NCBI GenBank assembly: GCA_003222155.1
Contig: QHUU01000056.1
Location: 4,675 to 68,674 of the forward strand
Source of the DNA: Gemmatimonadota bacterium
GTDB taxonomy: Bacteria > Gemmatimonadota > Gemmatimonadetes > Gemmatimonadales > GWC2-71-9
Reading direction: 5' to 3'
Length of the DNA: 64,000 nucleotides
Positions 10,189-18,190 of the stretch are shown piece after piece. Position 1 is the first letter of the stretch; each line of letters opens with the position of its first letter. A model generated the notes under the pieces. It was given only the letters and a program-made list of their open reading frames with translations, was not told the origin of the DNA and made no database searches. The translations under genes and the position numbers were made by a program.

Positions 10189-12102
10189 TCAAGCCACGGA
10201 CTGATCGCGGTACCGGCGGGCCTGCCCGGGGGTGAGCATCTCCTGCAGCACGATGTCACGCTCGATCGGGGCGGCGAACACGTAGCCCTGCGCATCGGCG
10301 GCGAGCCACCGGTCCCACTCGAGCAGGTCGAGCGCCTGAGCCACGGCGTCGTGCTCGAGACCGGTGGCGCGCCCCAGCCGCGACATGTCTCCCCGGCCTC
10401 CCAGCGCCGCCGCGGCGCCGAGCACCTGCTGGGCCGGAGGCGGCAGGGCTCGGAACCGCACGCACACGGCGCCGACCACGGCGGGCGGCAGCGTCCCCGG
10501 CAGCGAATCGATGAGCGTGCGCGCGGCGGAGGGCCAGGCGGGCGCGTCGGGGGCGAGTCGATATCCCGCGGCCACGGCCTCGAGCAGCGCGACGGCGAGG
10601 AGGGGAATGCCCGCGGTGTCGCGCTCCACGCGCCGCGCCAGACGCTCCCGCTCGTCCGCGCCGTACGTCGGCGCCGACCACGCGACGAGCTGTGCGAGCG
10701 CCGCCTGATCCAAGCGACCCAGCCGGATCACCGCACCCTCGAGATCGCGTCCCAGCCGGGCCTGCAGCACGTCGAAGCGTTCTCCGTCCGGCACCCCCCA
10801 CGCCACGCCCAGGAGCAACAGCACGCGGTGTGGTGCGGTGTCGCGCGCGAGAGCGGGCAGCAGCGCGAGCGACGCGGCGTCGAGCCACTGCGCGTCGTCG
10901 AGCACGAGCAGCAGGGGGCGCTCCTCCGCCGCCGCGATCGCCGCGGCGGCGAACGCGTCACCGACTTCCATCGCGGGCAGGGGAGGCTCCGCGCCACTAC
11001 CCCGGAATCGAGCGCCCAAGTCGGCATTGAGCCTCCCCAGCGTCGCGAGCGCGGTGGGCGGCGCGCTCGCGAGCCCCGGCGCGTCCGCCAGTCCTGCCGC
11101 GAGCAGACCGGCGACCGCGCTGCATTCCCGCTTTCGGTCCGCCGGGACGGCGCGGGCGGCGGCCACGGTCGCGTCGTCGAGTCGGGCGCGGGCGGCGAGC
11201 TCCTCGATCAGCCGCGTCTTGCCTTCCCCCGGCTCGCCGTGAACCAGCACGACCTGTCCCCGCCCTCTCCTGGCGCGCTGCCACGCCGCCGCCCCCGCCG
11301 CGAGCTCGGCCGCGCGACCGAGCAGCGGCGGCCGCGGCCGGGCCGCGGGCGGCGCCGCGAGGACCCGGCGTCCCACGCGTGCCTCGCGGATCCGCTCGAC
11401 CAGGTGGGCCAGCTCCGGGCTGGGAGCCGCGTCGAGGGCGTCACCGAGCGCGCGCGCGAGACCCTCGGCCACGCGCAGGGCGCCGGCGCGGTCGCCCGCG
11501 AGCGCGAGCGCTCGCATCGCCGCACGCGCCGCCGGCTCGGACGTGGCATCGAGGCCCACGGCCCCGAGCGCGGCGCGCGCCGCCGCCGCCGTGTCCCCGC
11601 GCGCGAGCTGCGCCTCGGCGCACTGGATGAGCGCCTCGAGCCCCTGCGCGCGCCACAGCGCCCGCTCCGTCCCGAGCCAGGTCTCGAACTGGTTCGCTCC
11701 CGGGAGCGCGAGCCCCTCGAGAAACTCGCCCTCCACGAGCGCCGCGGCCGCGTCCCATTCGCCGCGTTGGGCGAGCGCGGCGAAGCGGTCGCAGTCGAGC
11801 GTGACGCCGTCCGTGGCGAGCCGCACCTGATCGACGTCGGCCTGGAGCGCGGCGTCGCCCAGCACCTGCCGCAGCACGCGCAGCGCCTCGCTCAGCGAGT
11901 GGCGGGCCTGCTTCTCGTCGCGGTCGCTCCACAAGAGCCCCACGAGATGCTCGCGTGTGCGGCTCTTGCGCGGGCTGCGGGCCAGGTACACGAGCAGTGC
12001 CAGGTGCTTGCGCCACAGCAGCTCGGGGGGCGCGGCGGCGCCGTCCACCGTCACGCGCGCGGGGCCGAGCACGCGGACGGAGAGGTGTGGGGAGTGGGGC
12101 AT
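10189..12102 (-). CDS. BTAD/SARP-type regulator fused to P-loop NTPase (paralog of 1679..3526)
   Basis: Preferred ATG 12102 (MPHSPHLSVRVLGP aligns with MIVCRTLGP of the paralog). LLWRKHLALLVYLARSPRKSRTREHLVGLLWSD. Walker A GEPGEGKTRL; LLLVLDDAQWLD. Confidence 0.85.
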   Translation of the reverse strand: MPHSPHLSVRVLGPARVTVDGAAAPPELLWRKHLALLVYLARSPRKSRTREHLVGLLWSDRDEKQARHSLSEALRVLRQVLGDAALQADVDQVRLATDGVTLDCDRFAALAQRGEWDAAAALVEGEFLEGLALPGANQFETWLGTERALWRAQGLEALIQCAEAQLARGDTAAAARAALGAVGLDATSEPAARAAMRALALAGDRAGALRVAEGLARALGDALDAAPSPELAHLVERIREARVGRRVLAAPPAARPRPPLLGRAAELAAGAAAWQRARRGRGQVVLVHGEPGEGKTRLIEELAARARLDDATVAAARAVPADRKRECSAVAGLLAAGLADAPGLASAPPTALATLGRLNADLGARFRGSGAEPPLPAMEVGDAFAAAAIAAAEERPLLLVLDDAQWLDAASLALLPALARDTAPHRVLLLLGVAWGVPDGERFDVLQARLGRDLEGAVIRLGRLDQAALAQLVAWSAPTYGADERERLARRVERDTAGIPLLAVALLEAVAAGYRLAPDAPAWPSAARTLIDSLPGTLPPAVVGAVCVRFRALPPPAQQVLGAAAALGGRGDMSRLGRATGLEHDAVAQALDLLEWDRWLAADAQGYVFAAPIERDIVLQEMLTPGQARRYRDQSVA

Positions 12103-12108
12103 CGCGTC

Positions 12109-12119
12109 CCGATTATCGG
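12109..12119. promoter_or_regulatory. 11-bp palindrome CCGATTATCGG in the 61-bp divergent kinase/regulator intergenic region; contains a GATAAT -10-like hexamer on the minus strand
   Basis: Read directly: arms CCGAT/ATCGG around a central T. It is one of the few AT-rich spots in this region. Confidence 0.3.
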
Positions 12120-12163
12120 CCACGATGCGGTCCCCAGCAAGCGCCGCTACATTCTCCTGCCGC

Positions 12164-14836
12164 ATGACCGCTCCCGCTCTCGGAGACGTGCAGCGCGCCG
12201 TCGGAGACCGCTACGAGATGGTGAGTCTCGCCGGCGCCGGCGGCATGGGCGCCGTGTTCCGCGCCCGCCATCGCACGCTCGGCCACATCGTCGGCGTCAA
12301 AGTCCTGCCTCCCGACGTCGCGGCCAGCGCCATGCGGCGCGAGCGGTTCCGGCGCGAGGCCACGCTCGGCGCCGGCCTCGAGCATCCCAACATCGTGCGC
12401 GTGTACGACTTCGATACCAGGGACGGGATCACCTTTCTCATCATGACGTTCGTGCGCGGCGTGACGCTGGAGGAGCGCCTGCGGGACGCCCCGCGTCCCA
12501 CCACCGACGCGATCCTCCGCAGCGTGCGCGAGATCGCGGACGCGCTGGGCTACGTCCACCGTCGCGGCATCGTGCACCGCGACGTAAAGCCGGCGAACAT
12601 CCTGCTCGACGAGGACAGCGGGCGCGCCCTGCTGGCCGATTTCGGGGTCGCCCACGTGGAGGGCACGGCGCACACCTCTCTGACGCAGCCGGGCGTCACC
12701 ATCGGCACGCCCGGATACATGGCCCCCGAGCAGCTCGCCGGGGGACGTGTGGACGGCCGCGCCGACCTGTACTCGCTCGCCGCCGTCGCCTTCGAGTCGC
12801 TCGCCGGCGGGCCAGCCGACTTCAAGGCCGACCGCGCCACGCTGGCGCGCGCGCTGCGCGCCGCCCGGCCGGAGCTATCGGCCCGCGAGGCCGGCGTGCT
12901 CGTCGCCCCCCTCGCCGAGCGGCCCGATGAGCGTCCGGGCTCCGCGGACGCGTGGCTCACCGCGCTGGACCGCACGCGACCGCGGCGGCGGCGCTGGGCC
13001 ATCGCGGCTCTCGCCGCCGTCGTCGCCGCCGGCGTGGCGCGGATGCTGTGGGGACCTGTGCCGCCGTCGGACGTGCCGCCCCGGCTCGCGGTGATGCCGT
13101 TCGCGGTCCTCGGCACGCCGCCGTACCCCGCCACCCAGCTGCCGGAATATTTCGTCTCCCGGTTCCGGCCAGTGGAGCGGGTGATCGAGGTCGTCTCCTT
13201 CGGGCGCGTCGTCGCGCAGACCGGCACCGCGCCGCCCTCGAACGAAGAGGCGCGCGATCTCGCCGGGCGTCTGGGCGCGCGCTTTTTCGTTCAGGGGAGC
13301 GTGTTGTACAGCGGGCCGACGGTCACGCTGACGGCGACGCTGTACGAAGGCAATCGCGCCCGGCGCAGCGGCAAGGCGGCGGGCCGGGTCGGATTGGACG
13401 AGTCGGAGGTCATGGACCGCGTGTGGGCCCAGCTCTACCCCGAGTTCACGCCCAGTGCGGACGTGACCCTCCCGAACGGGGGACCCGACGCACTCGCGGC
13501 GTATCTCAATGCCGAAACCGCGTTCCGGCGCGGCGACTATCGCACGGCGCGCGACGGATACACGCGTGTGATCCGCGTCGATACGGGGTTCGCCATCGGG
13601 CGCCTACGGCTCGCTCTCGTCGCGGCTCAGGTGGACCCGACGGAGCAGGGGTTCGGCGCGCCGCTGCGGGGCGCCATGCTGCACCAACGCGGCCTGTCCG
13701 ACGCCGACAGCCTGCTGCTCGACGGGTTCTCCGAGCTCTTGTCCCACGGCGACGGCCTCGCGGCGCTGGCCCGGTTCAAGAGCGCGACCGAGCGCGCGCC
13801 CGACTATCCCCAGGCGTGGTACGTGCTGGGCGAGTTCTACTACCACTTCGGCGACCTGTTCGATCAGAGCGTGGGCGAGTCCCGCGGGGCGTTCGAGCGC
13901 GTGCTCGACCTCGATCCGCGGTTCTCCCCGGCGATCGGCCACCTCATCGCGCTCACCCACCAGATGGGCGATCGGGCGGAAACCGAGCGGCTGATCCGCC
14001 AGTACCTGCGGATCGATTCGACGTCGGTGGTCGCCGAAGCGGTGGGGATCGCGGACACGCTCATCCTGGGCTCGGCGGCCGATCAGGTGGCGCTACTGCA
14101 CCACGCGTGCGGGCACAGCTTCCCGGCGCTCCAGCACCTGGCGTTTCAGGCCGCGGCGTTCGGCACGACGGCACAACGCGAGGGACCGGCGCGCGCCGTG
14201 TTGCGCTGCCTCGAGCGGCGTGCCGCTACCGATCAAGAACGGGTGCGCGCGCTGCGCATGGGGCTCGCGGCGGACTTGGCGGCCGGCTGGGCGGACAGCG
14301 CGCGGTTTCGCTTCAACCGCGCGGCCGGCCCGTGGGCGGAGCGCGAGCGCGATCTGTGGCTCGTCGTGGCGCACGACGTGGGGCTGCCCGCGCTCGGCGA
14401 CTGGGAGCGTGCCGCTGCCCGGCTCTCGGCGCGGTCGCGCGCCGTGCAGGATACAGACGTGACGGCCCACTGGGTGCTGGCGCGGGCGGGGGTGGACCGC
14501 TCGCGCCACGCGGCCGCCCTGGCGCGGCTCGCCGCGGGCGGGGCACCCCTGCCGGCGAGCCTGGCCGCCGACCTGCAGGCGCGCGCGACGCTCGCCCGGG
14601 GCGACTCGGCGGCCGCCTTGCGGCTCTGGAACGGTGCGACGCGCCGCTACGCCGTGCTCACCGTGCCGCTCGAGCTGGTCGCGTCGCTCTGGCCGCTGCG
14701 CCTCGACCTCGTGCGGGTGGCGACGGCGCGCCACGACAGCGCTTTGGTCGCGCGCGGGTGCGCGTCGTTCGAGGGGTTGATGGGCTACACCGACCAGGTC
14801 GCGCAGCCGGAAGTCGCGCGGCTGTGCCGCAGGTGA
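12164..14836 (+). CDS. Ser/Thr protein kinase (Hanks type) with TM segment and long C-terminal helical-repeat sensor domain
   Basis: ATG 12164. Gly-loop GAGGMGAVFRA, Lys in VGVKVL, catalytic loop HRRGIVHRDVKPANILL, ADFGVA, GTPGYMAPE. TM segment WAIAALAAVVAAGVARMLW. Confidence 0.9.
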   Translation: MTAPALGDVQRAVGDRYEMVSLAGAGGMGAVFRARHRTLGHIVGVKVLPPDVAASAMRRERFRREATLGAGLEHPNIVRVYDFDTRDGITFLIMTFVRGVTLEERLRDAPRPTTDAILRSVREIADALGYVHRRGIVHRDVKPANILLDEDSGRALLADFGVAHVEGTAHTSLTQPGVTIGTPGYMAPEQLAGGRVDGRADLYSLAAVAFESLAGGPADFKADRATLARALRAARPELSAREAGVLVAPLAERPDERPGSADAWLTALDRTRPRRRRWAIAALAAVVAAGVARMLWGPVPPSDVPPRLAVMPFAVLGTPPYPATQLPEYFVSRFRPVERVIEVVSFGRVVAQTGTAPPSNEEARDLAGRLGARFFVQGSVLYSGPTVTLTATLYEGNRARRSGKAAGRVGLDESEVMDRVWAQLYPEFTPSADVTLPNGGPDALAAYLNAETAFRRGDYRTARDGYTRVIRVDTGFAIGRLRLALVAAQVDPTEQGFGAPLRGAMLHQRGLSDADSLLLDGFSELLSHGDGLAALARFKSATERAPDYPQAWYVLGEFYYHFGDLFDQSVGESRGAFERVLDLDPRFSPAIGHLIALTHQMGDRAETERLIRQYLRIDSTSVVAEAVGIADTLILGSAADQVALLHHACGHSFPALQHLAFQAAAFGTTAQREGPARAVLRCLERRAATDQERVRALRMGLAADLAAGWADSARFRFNRAAGPWAERERDLWLVVAHDVGLPALGDWERAAARLSARSRAVQDTDVTAHWVLARAGVDRSRHAAALARLAAGGAPLPASLAADLQARATLARGDSAAALRLWNGATRRYAVLTVPLELVASLWPLRLDLVRVATARHDSALVARGCASFEGLMGYTDQVAQPEVARLCRR

Positions 14837-14839
14837 CGC

Positions 14840-15469
14840 CTAATCCACCCCGGAGAGGAGGGCGGCGATCACGATGGTCGCAATGCCGCTCGCGGCGGTG
14901 AGGGTGAGCCCCGGCACCCAGCCGAGCTCCATCCCGAGCGACATCCGCGCGTGTGACTGGACAGCGACGTTGCACTCGCTCGGTCCACAGCCGAGGAACA
15001 CTGGCCCGCGCACCAGCTCCGGCCGGGCCGCGAGCGCGAACCAATGGTTGGGACTCCACCGCACCAGGCCGAACACCGAGCCCGACCGGAGGTGGTCAGT
15101 AGCGGCCAGCAGGGGCGTACCCACGGCGACGTCCACAGACGCCGTGGACGACAGCCAGCGGCGGTAGTGGACGGCGGGTCCGACACCGACGCCAAGCCGG
15201 TCGAGGCTCGCGAACACGGACGCGCCAATGGCGTTGCGGCTATCGACGTTGGCCATCACGCCCCAATCCGCTACCGCGCGCAAGGGCGTATCGCCGCTCG
15301 TGATATCGCTGCCCAGTACCAGATAGGTCCCGAAATTCGTGAAGGCGAAGGCCGAGCAGACGGACTTGGGCCGCGCGCGGTAGCAGAACGATGGTTGGGC
15401 TTCCTGGGCCGGAGCCGTCTCGGACCAGGCGAGCAAGAACGGAATCCAGAGTAACGTGAGGCGACGCAT
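14840..15469 (-). CDS. hypothetical secreted protein
   Basis: ATG 15469 (MRRLTLLWIPFLLAWSETAPAQ) with GGGAG 7 nt upstream. The C-terminus is hydrophobic. Confidence 0.55.
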   Translation of the reverse strand: MRRLTLLWIPFLLAWSETAPAQEAQPSFCYRARPKSVCSAFAFTNFGTYLVLGSDITSGDTPLRAVADWGVMANVDSRNAIGASVFASLDRLGVGVGPAVHYRRWLSSTASVDVAVGTPLLAATDHLRSGSVFGLVRWSPNHWFALAARPELVRGPVFLGCGPSECNVAVQSHARMSLGMELGWVPGLTLTAASGIATIVIAALLSGVD

Positions 15470-15580
15470 GAGCAGCTCCCGCTGTGTAGGGCGTGCAGCC
15501 AATTAGCGGGAGGGCCGTCAAGCCGTTTTCAAGTCGGAGGGAGTCTTTACAGTGGACGAGAAGAGGGCGAAGCTAGACCC

Positions 15581-16408
15581 GTGACGGCAATCCGCGCTCC
15601 GCTCGCGTGCGCCCGCCTGGTGTTTGCCATCGCTCTGGTCACGGTGCGCCCCACGCTCGCGTGCCGTGGGGACGAGCCGGGCACCCCGCAACCAGCGCCG
15701 CCCTGGTGGCTCGTGTGGCACGACGAGTTCGACGGCGCGGCGCTCGACACCACGAAGTGGGTGCGGGAGACCGGGGGGACTGGCTGGGGGAACGGCGAGC
15801 TCGAGTTCTATACCAATCGGGTCGAGAACGCCCGGGTGGCAAGCGGCTACCTGGTGATCGAGGCGCGGCGCGAGCCGTTCGGCAACCAGGCGTACACCTC
15901 GGCGCGCCTCAAGACGCAGGGTCTGGGCGCTTGGCGGTACGGCCGCATCGAGGCGCGCATGCAGATCCCGCGCGGGCAGGGGTTATGGCCCGCGTTCTGG
16001 ATGCTGGGCGACGATATCGGGCAAGTCGGCTGGCCCGGGTGCGGCGAGATCGACATCATGGAGAACATCGGGAAGGAGCCGGGCCGAGTGCACGGTACGG
16101 TGCACGGCCCGAACTACTCCGGTGCCAACGGCATCACCAGCGCCTACGACCTGAGGAGCGGCGCGTTCGCCGACACGTTTCACGTGTTTGCGATCGAATG
16201 GCAGCCGGACTCGATCAAGTGGTTCGTCGACAGCACCCTGTACAAGACCGTCACACCGCGCGACCTGCCGGGGCGGTGGGTGTACGACCATCCCTTCTTC
16301 ATTCTTCTCAACGTCGCGGTCGGTGGCTACTGGCCCGGCAATCCGGATACGACGACGGTGTTTCCGCAGACGATGCGGGTGGATTACGTGCGGGTGTACC
16401 AGAGGTGA
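15581..16408 (+). CDS. glycoside hydrolase family 16 (beta-glucanase/laminarinase-like) lipoprotein
   Basis: Signal with lipobox-like PTLAC. GH16 catalytic motif GEIDIMEN (ExDxxE), WPAFWMLG, and C-terminal MRVDYVRVYQ. Confidence 0.9.
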   Translation: MTAIRAPLACARLVFAIALVTVRPTLACRGDEPGTPQPAPPWWLVWHDEFDGAALDTTKWVRETGGTGWGNGELEFYTNRVENARVASGYLVIEARREPFGNQAYTSARLKTQGLGAWRYGRIEARMQIPRGQGLWPAFWMLGDDIGQVGWPGCGEIDIMENIGKEPGRVHGTVHGPNYSGANGITSAYDLRSGAFADTFHVFAIEWQPDSIKWFVDSTLYKTVTPRDLPGRWVYDHPFFILLNVAVGGYWPGNPDTTTVFPQTMRVDYVRVYQR

Positions 16409-16460
16409 AGAGCGGTACCAGTCCCGAGCCGCGGAGCGGTCGTGGGCGCTCGCGGGCTTT

Positions 16461-16850
16461 GTGACCGACGGCACGACCCTCCTCGATCTAACGTCGGGTG
16501 TGACCGCCACGTCCACGCTGCTCACCGTCCAGACCGCAGTGGATGATGCGACGGATGGTACGCATGTCGGCGAGACCGGAACCCTGTCCCGCACGTGGGA
16601 GAACAGCGCGGATTTCAGCTTGACGAGTGGCGCCGAGATCGTGCGTGCCACTGGGGGCGTGGCGCTGGACACCACAGGTCACACGTGGAGGAGCGGGAGC
16701 GTGGCGGTCACGGTGAACGGACTGGCGTTCGCCACGATCACCGTCGCGCCGGCCGGTCCGAGCTACTCCGGAGCGAGCGGTGTGCAGCTCACTCCCGCGG
16801 ACGACGCGGCGCTCGCGAACCTGTTCGGCGCCTGGTTCGGGGCCGGTTGA
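16461..16850 (+). CDS. hypothetical T/G/A/S-rich protein (start uncertain)
   Basis: First in-frame GTG after the GH16 stop. GC3 is high throughout, and the stop lies 2 nt before the next ATG. There is no signal peptide and no family was recognised. Confidence 0.35.
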   Translation: MTDGTTLLDLTSGVTATSTLLTVQTAVDDATDGTHVGETGTLSRTWENSADFSLTSGAEIVRATGGVALDTTGHTWRSGSVAVTVNGLAFATITVAPAGPSYSGASGVQLTPADDAALANLFGAWFGAG

Positions 16851-16852
16851 TC

Positions 16853-17248
16853 ATGCCGCGACCGCACCGTTGGTCCTTCGGCGCCGCCGTCCTCGGCCTC
16901 GCGCTCACGTGCCCTGCCGTGCAGGCTCAGTGGGTGCCCTTAGGCACCCGGCGGGTGGATTTCCGCGCAGATCACGACATCGTGCGCACCGCCAGCGAGG
17001 GCCGATTCCGGCGCGTTCGCTTCGTGGTTGAGGGCGGCGACGTCGAGATGTTCGACGTGCGGATCACATTCGGGGACGGGGCCACGTTCTCGCCCGCCAC
17101 CCGGTTCACCTTCAAGCGGAATGCACGCAGCCGCGTGATCGCTCTCCCAGGCGGGGCGCGCGTCATCCGGTGGATCAATTTCTACTACCGGAGCGTCCTG
17201 GGGACTGCGCAGGGCAAGGCCACGATCCACGTGTACGGTCGGCGTTGA
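16853..17248 (+). CDS. small secreted protein (DUF2541-like by recollection)
   Basis: ATG 16853. Signal MPRPHRWSFGAAVLGLALTCPAVQAQ, then WVPLGTRRVDFRADHDIV...ATIHVYGRR. Confidence 0.6.
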   Translation: MPRPHRWSFGAAVLGLALTCPAVQAQWVPLGTRRVDFRADHDIVRTASEGRFRRVRFVVEGGDVEMFDVRITFGDGATFSPATRFTFKRNARSRVIALPGGARVIRWINFYYRSVLGTAQGKATIHVYGRR

Positions 17249-17284
17249 CGGCGGGCCTCGCCCGGCGGGCGCAGGACGTCGAGA

Positions 17285-17368
17285 CGGAGGGCACAGGACT
17301 CGAACCTGTACGGGCTTGCGCCCAGCGGTTTTCAAGACCGCCGCCTTACCAGTTAGGTCTAGCCCTCC
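17285..17368 (-). tRNA. tRNA-Ser (anticodon UGA)
   Basis: 84 nt. Acceptor GGAGGGC/GCCCTCC, anticodon stem GCGGT/ACCGC with loop CTTGAAA, long variable arm TGGGCGCAAGCCCGT, T-arm ACAGG-TTCGAGT-CCTGT. CCA is not encoded. Confidence 0.9.
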
Positions 17369-17424
17369 AAACACCACACGCGCCGAAGGTTAGGCCCCGG
17401 GCGGGCCGCGTGCTTGGCCCCGGT

Positions 17425-17446
17425 TTGCCCACAGTCTTGCCCACAG
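17425..17446 (+). repeat. direct repeat TTGCCCACAG x2 with 12-bp period
   Basis: Copies at 17425-17434 and 17437-17446, 57-78 bp upstream of the tRNA-Ser 5' end. Confidence 0.6.
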
Positions 17447-17531
17447 ATTCGAGCGCCCCCGGCGATGCGCTTGCAAGCTAGCACGCCCGCGCCAGTTTGT
17501 GCCACGTTCTTCCATACTAGGGGAGTGGCGG

Positions 17532-17648
17532 ATGCGGCTCGCGTTGCAGGTGCTCTCGGTAGCGTTGCTCGCGGCGTGTTGTGGTGGCGGGCCTCGCAGC
17601 AGCCACCGCGCACGTGAGGCAGCGCGGGGGTCCGTGCGCTTGGGCTAA
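17532..17648 (+). pseudogene. 38-codon ORF that is little more than a lipoprotein signal peptide (possible gene remnant)
   Basis: GGGGAG SD 6 nt upstream of the ATG. MRLALQVLSVALLAACCGGG followed by only about 18 residues and TAA. It is below the size cutoff of the ORF track. Confidence 0.25.
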
Positions 17649-18034
17649 CCCGTGTGCCGCCCGACGCGCATTACCCACAACACGGTCCACGAGTATAGCA
17701 CGAGGAGGAGGAATAGCGCACCAACGCTCACGCGACAAATACGACCGCGCCACGGTCTGCGCTCCGTTGACGTTGCGGGCCGCGCGGAAGTAATCGCCAG
17801 CGCAACGAAAGCCACGACCAGGAGGAGGGGGCCCAGGAGGTGAAGCTGCCGAATGAGTGCGGGAGGCGTGAAGGTACCGATAACGACAACCTGTGGGTAC
17901 CCTGGCTGCCACGTTCCGATTCTCGTAACGGTGAATCGATGCATGGCTAGGGCCATGGTGGCGACCACAAAACCGGCGGCGATGAGCTGCCAGCGGGTCC
18001 TTGCTCGCTGATCCGTGCTCGGTGGAGGCGTCAC
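17645..18034 (-). CDS. hypothetical membrane protein (about 3 TM helices)
   Basis: GTG 18034. Hydrophobic helices WQLIAAGFVVATMALAM, LLGPLLLVVAFVALAI and VGALFLLLVLYSWTVLWVM. Lies in a visibly less GC-rich stretch. Confidence 0.5.
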   Translation of the reverse strand: MTPPPSTDQRARTRWQLIAAGFVVATMALAMHRFTVTRIGTWQPGYPQVVVIGTFTPPALIRQLHLLGPLLLVVAFVALAITSARPATSTERRPWRGRICRVSVGALFLLLVLYSWTVLWVMRVGRHTG

Positions 18035-18144
18035 CTGAGGCTCGGGTTAAAGACTGTTCGGGAGCTTGGTCGGCGCACCGGCCGCAAGGCGAGCAGAACG
18101 AGTACGACCGCGAGGAGCAAGAGCGAGATGAAGACGCCATGCAC
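18031..18144 (-). CDS. possible 37-aa single-TM peptide coupled to the downstream membrane protein
   Basis: GTG 18144 with GGGGAGGG 8 nt upstream. VHGVFISLLLLAVVLVLLALRPVRRPSSRTVFNPSLR. Its stop overlaps the next start (GTGA). Confidence 0.3.
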   Translation of the reverse strand: MHGVFISLLLLAVVLVLLALRPVRRPSSRTVFNPSLR

Positions 18145-18190
18145 GGGGCTAGCCCTCCCCACCGCCGTAAGCTAGAGTCGCCACGCGATC

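Noticed and set aside
12163-12165. ATG 12165 as the start of the BTAD regulator (ORF track 10189..12165).
   Set aside because: It would overlap the divergent kinase start codon (12164-12166) on the opposite strand and leave no promoter space. The paralog alignment (MIVCRTLGP vs MPHSPHLSVRVLGP) supports ATG 12102.
9877-12930. 1017-aa ORF on the plus strand, and similar very long ORFs elsewhere (e.g. 1616..3034-, 1777..3195-, 19939..21111-, 22031..23287-, 28190..30343-, 41072..42904-, 49925..52354-, 52814..54847-, 53754..55391-).
   Set aside because: They run antisense to, or out of frame with, genes that have clear family signatures. Their products are Arg/Ala/Gly/Pro-rich with no motifs. Stop-codon-poor shadow frames of this kind are expected in ~70% GC DNA.
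15523-15537. CCGTTTTCAAGTCGG as another tRNA-Ser anticodon-arm fragment.
   Set aside because: Only about 9-10 nt (GTTTTCAAG) match, which is well within chance for a 64-kb window.
17388-17423. GGCCCCGGGCGGGCCGCGTGCTTGGCCCCGG as a degenerate REP copy next to the tRNA.
   Set aside because: It shares only the CCCCGGGCG half-site and has no GCAA loop, complementary arm or ACTSA flank.
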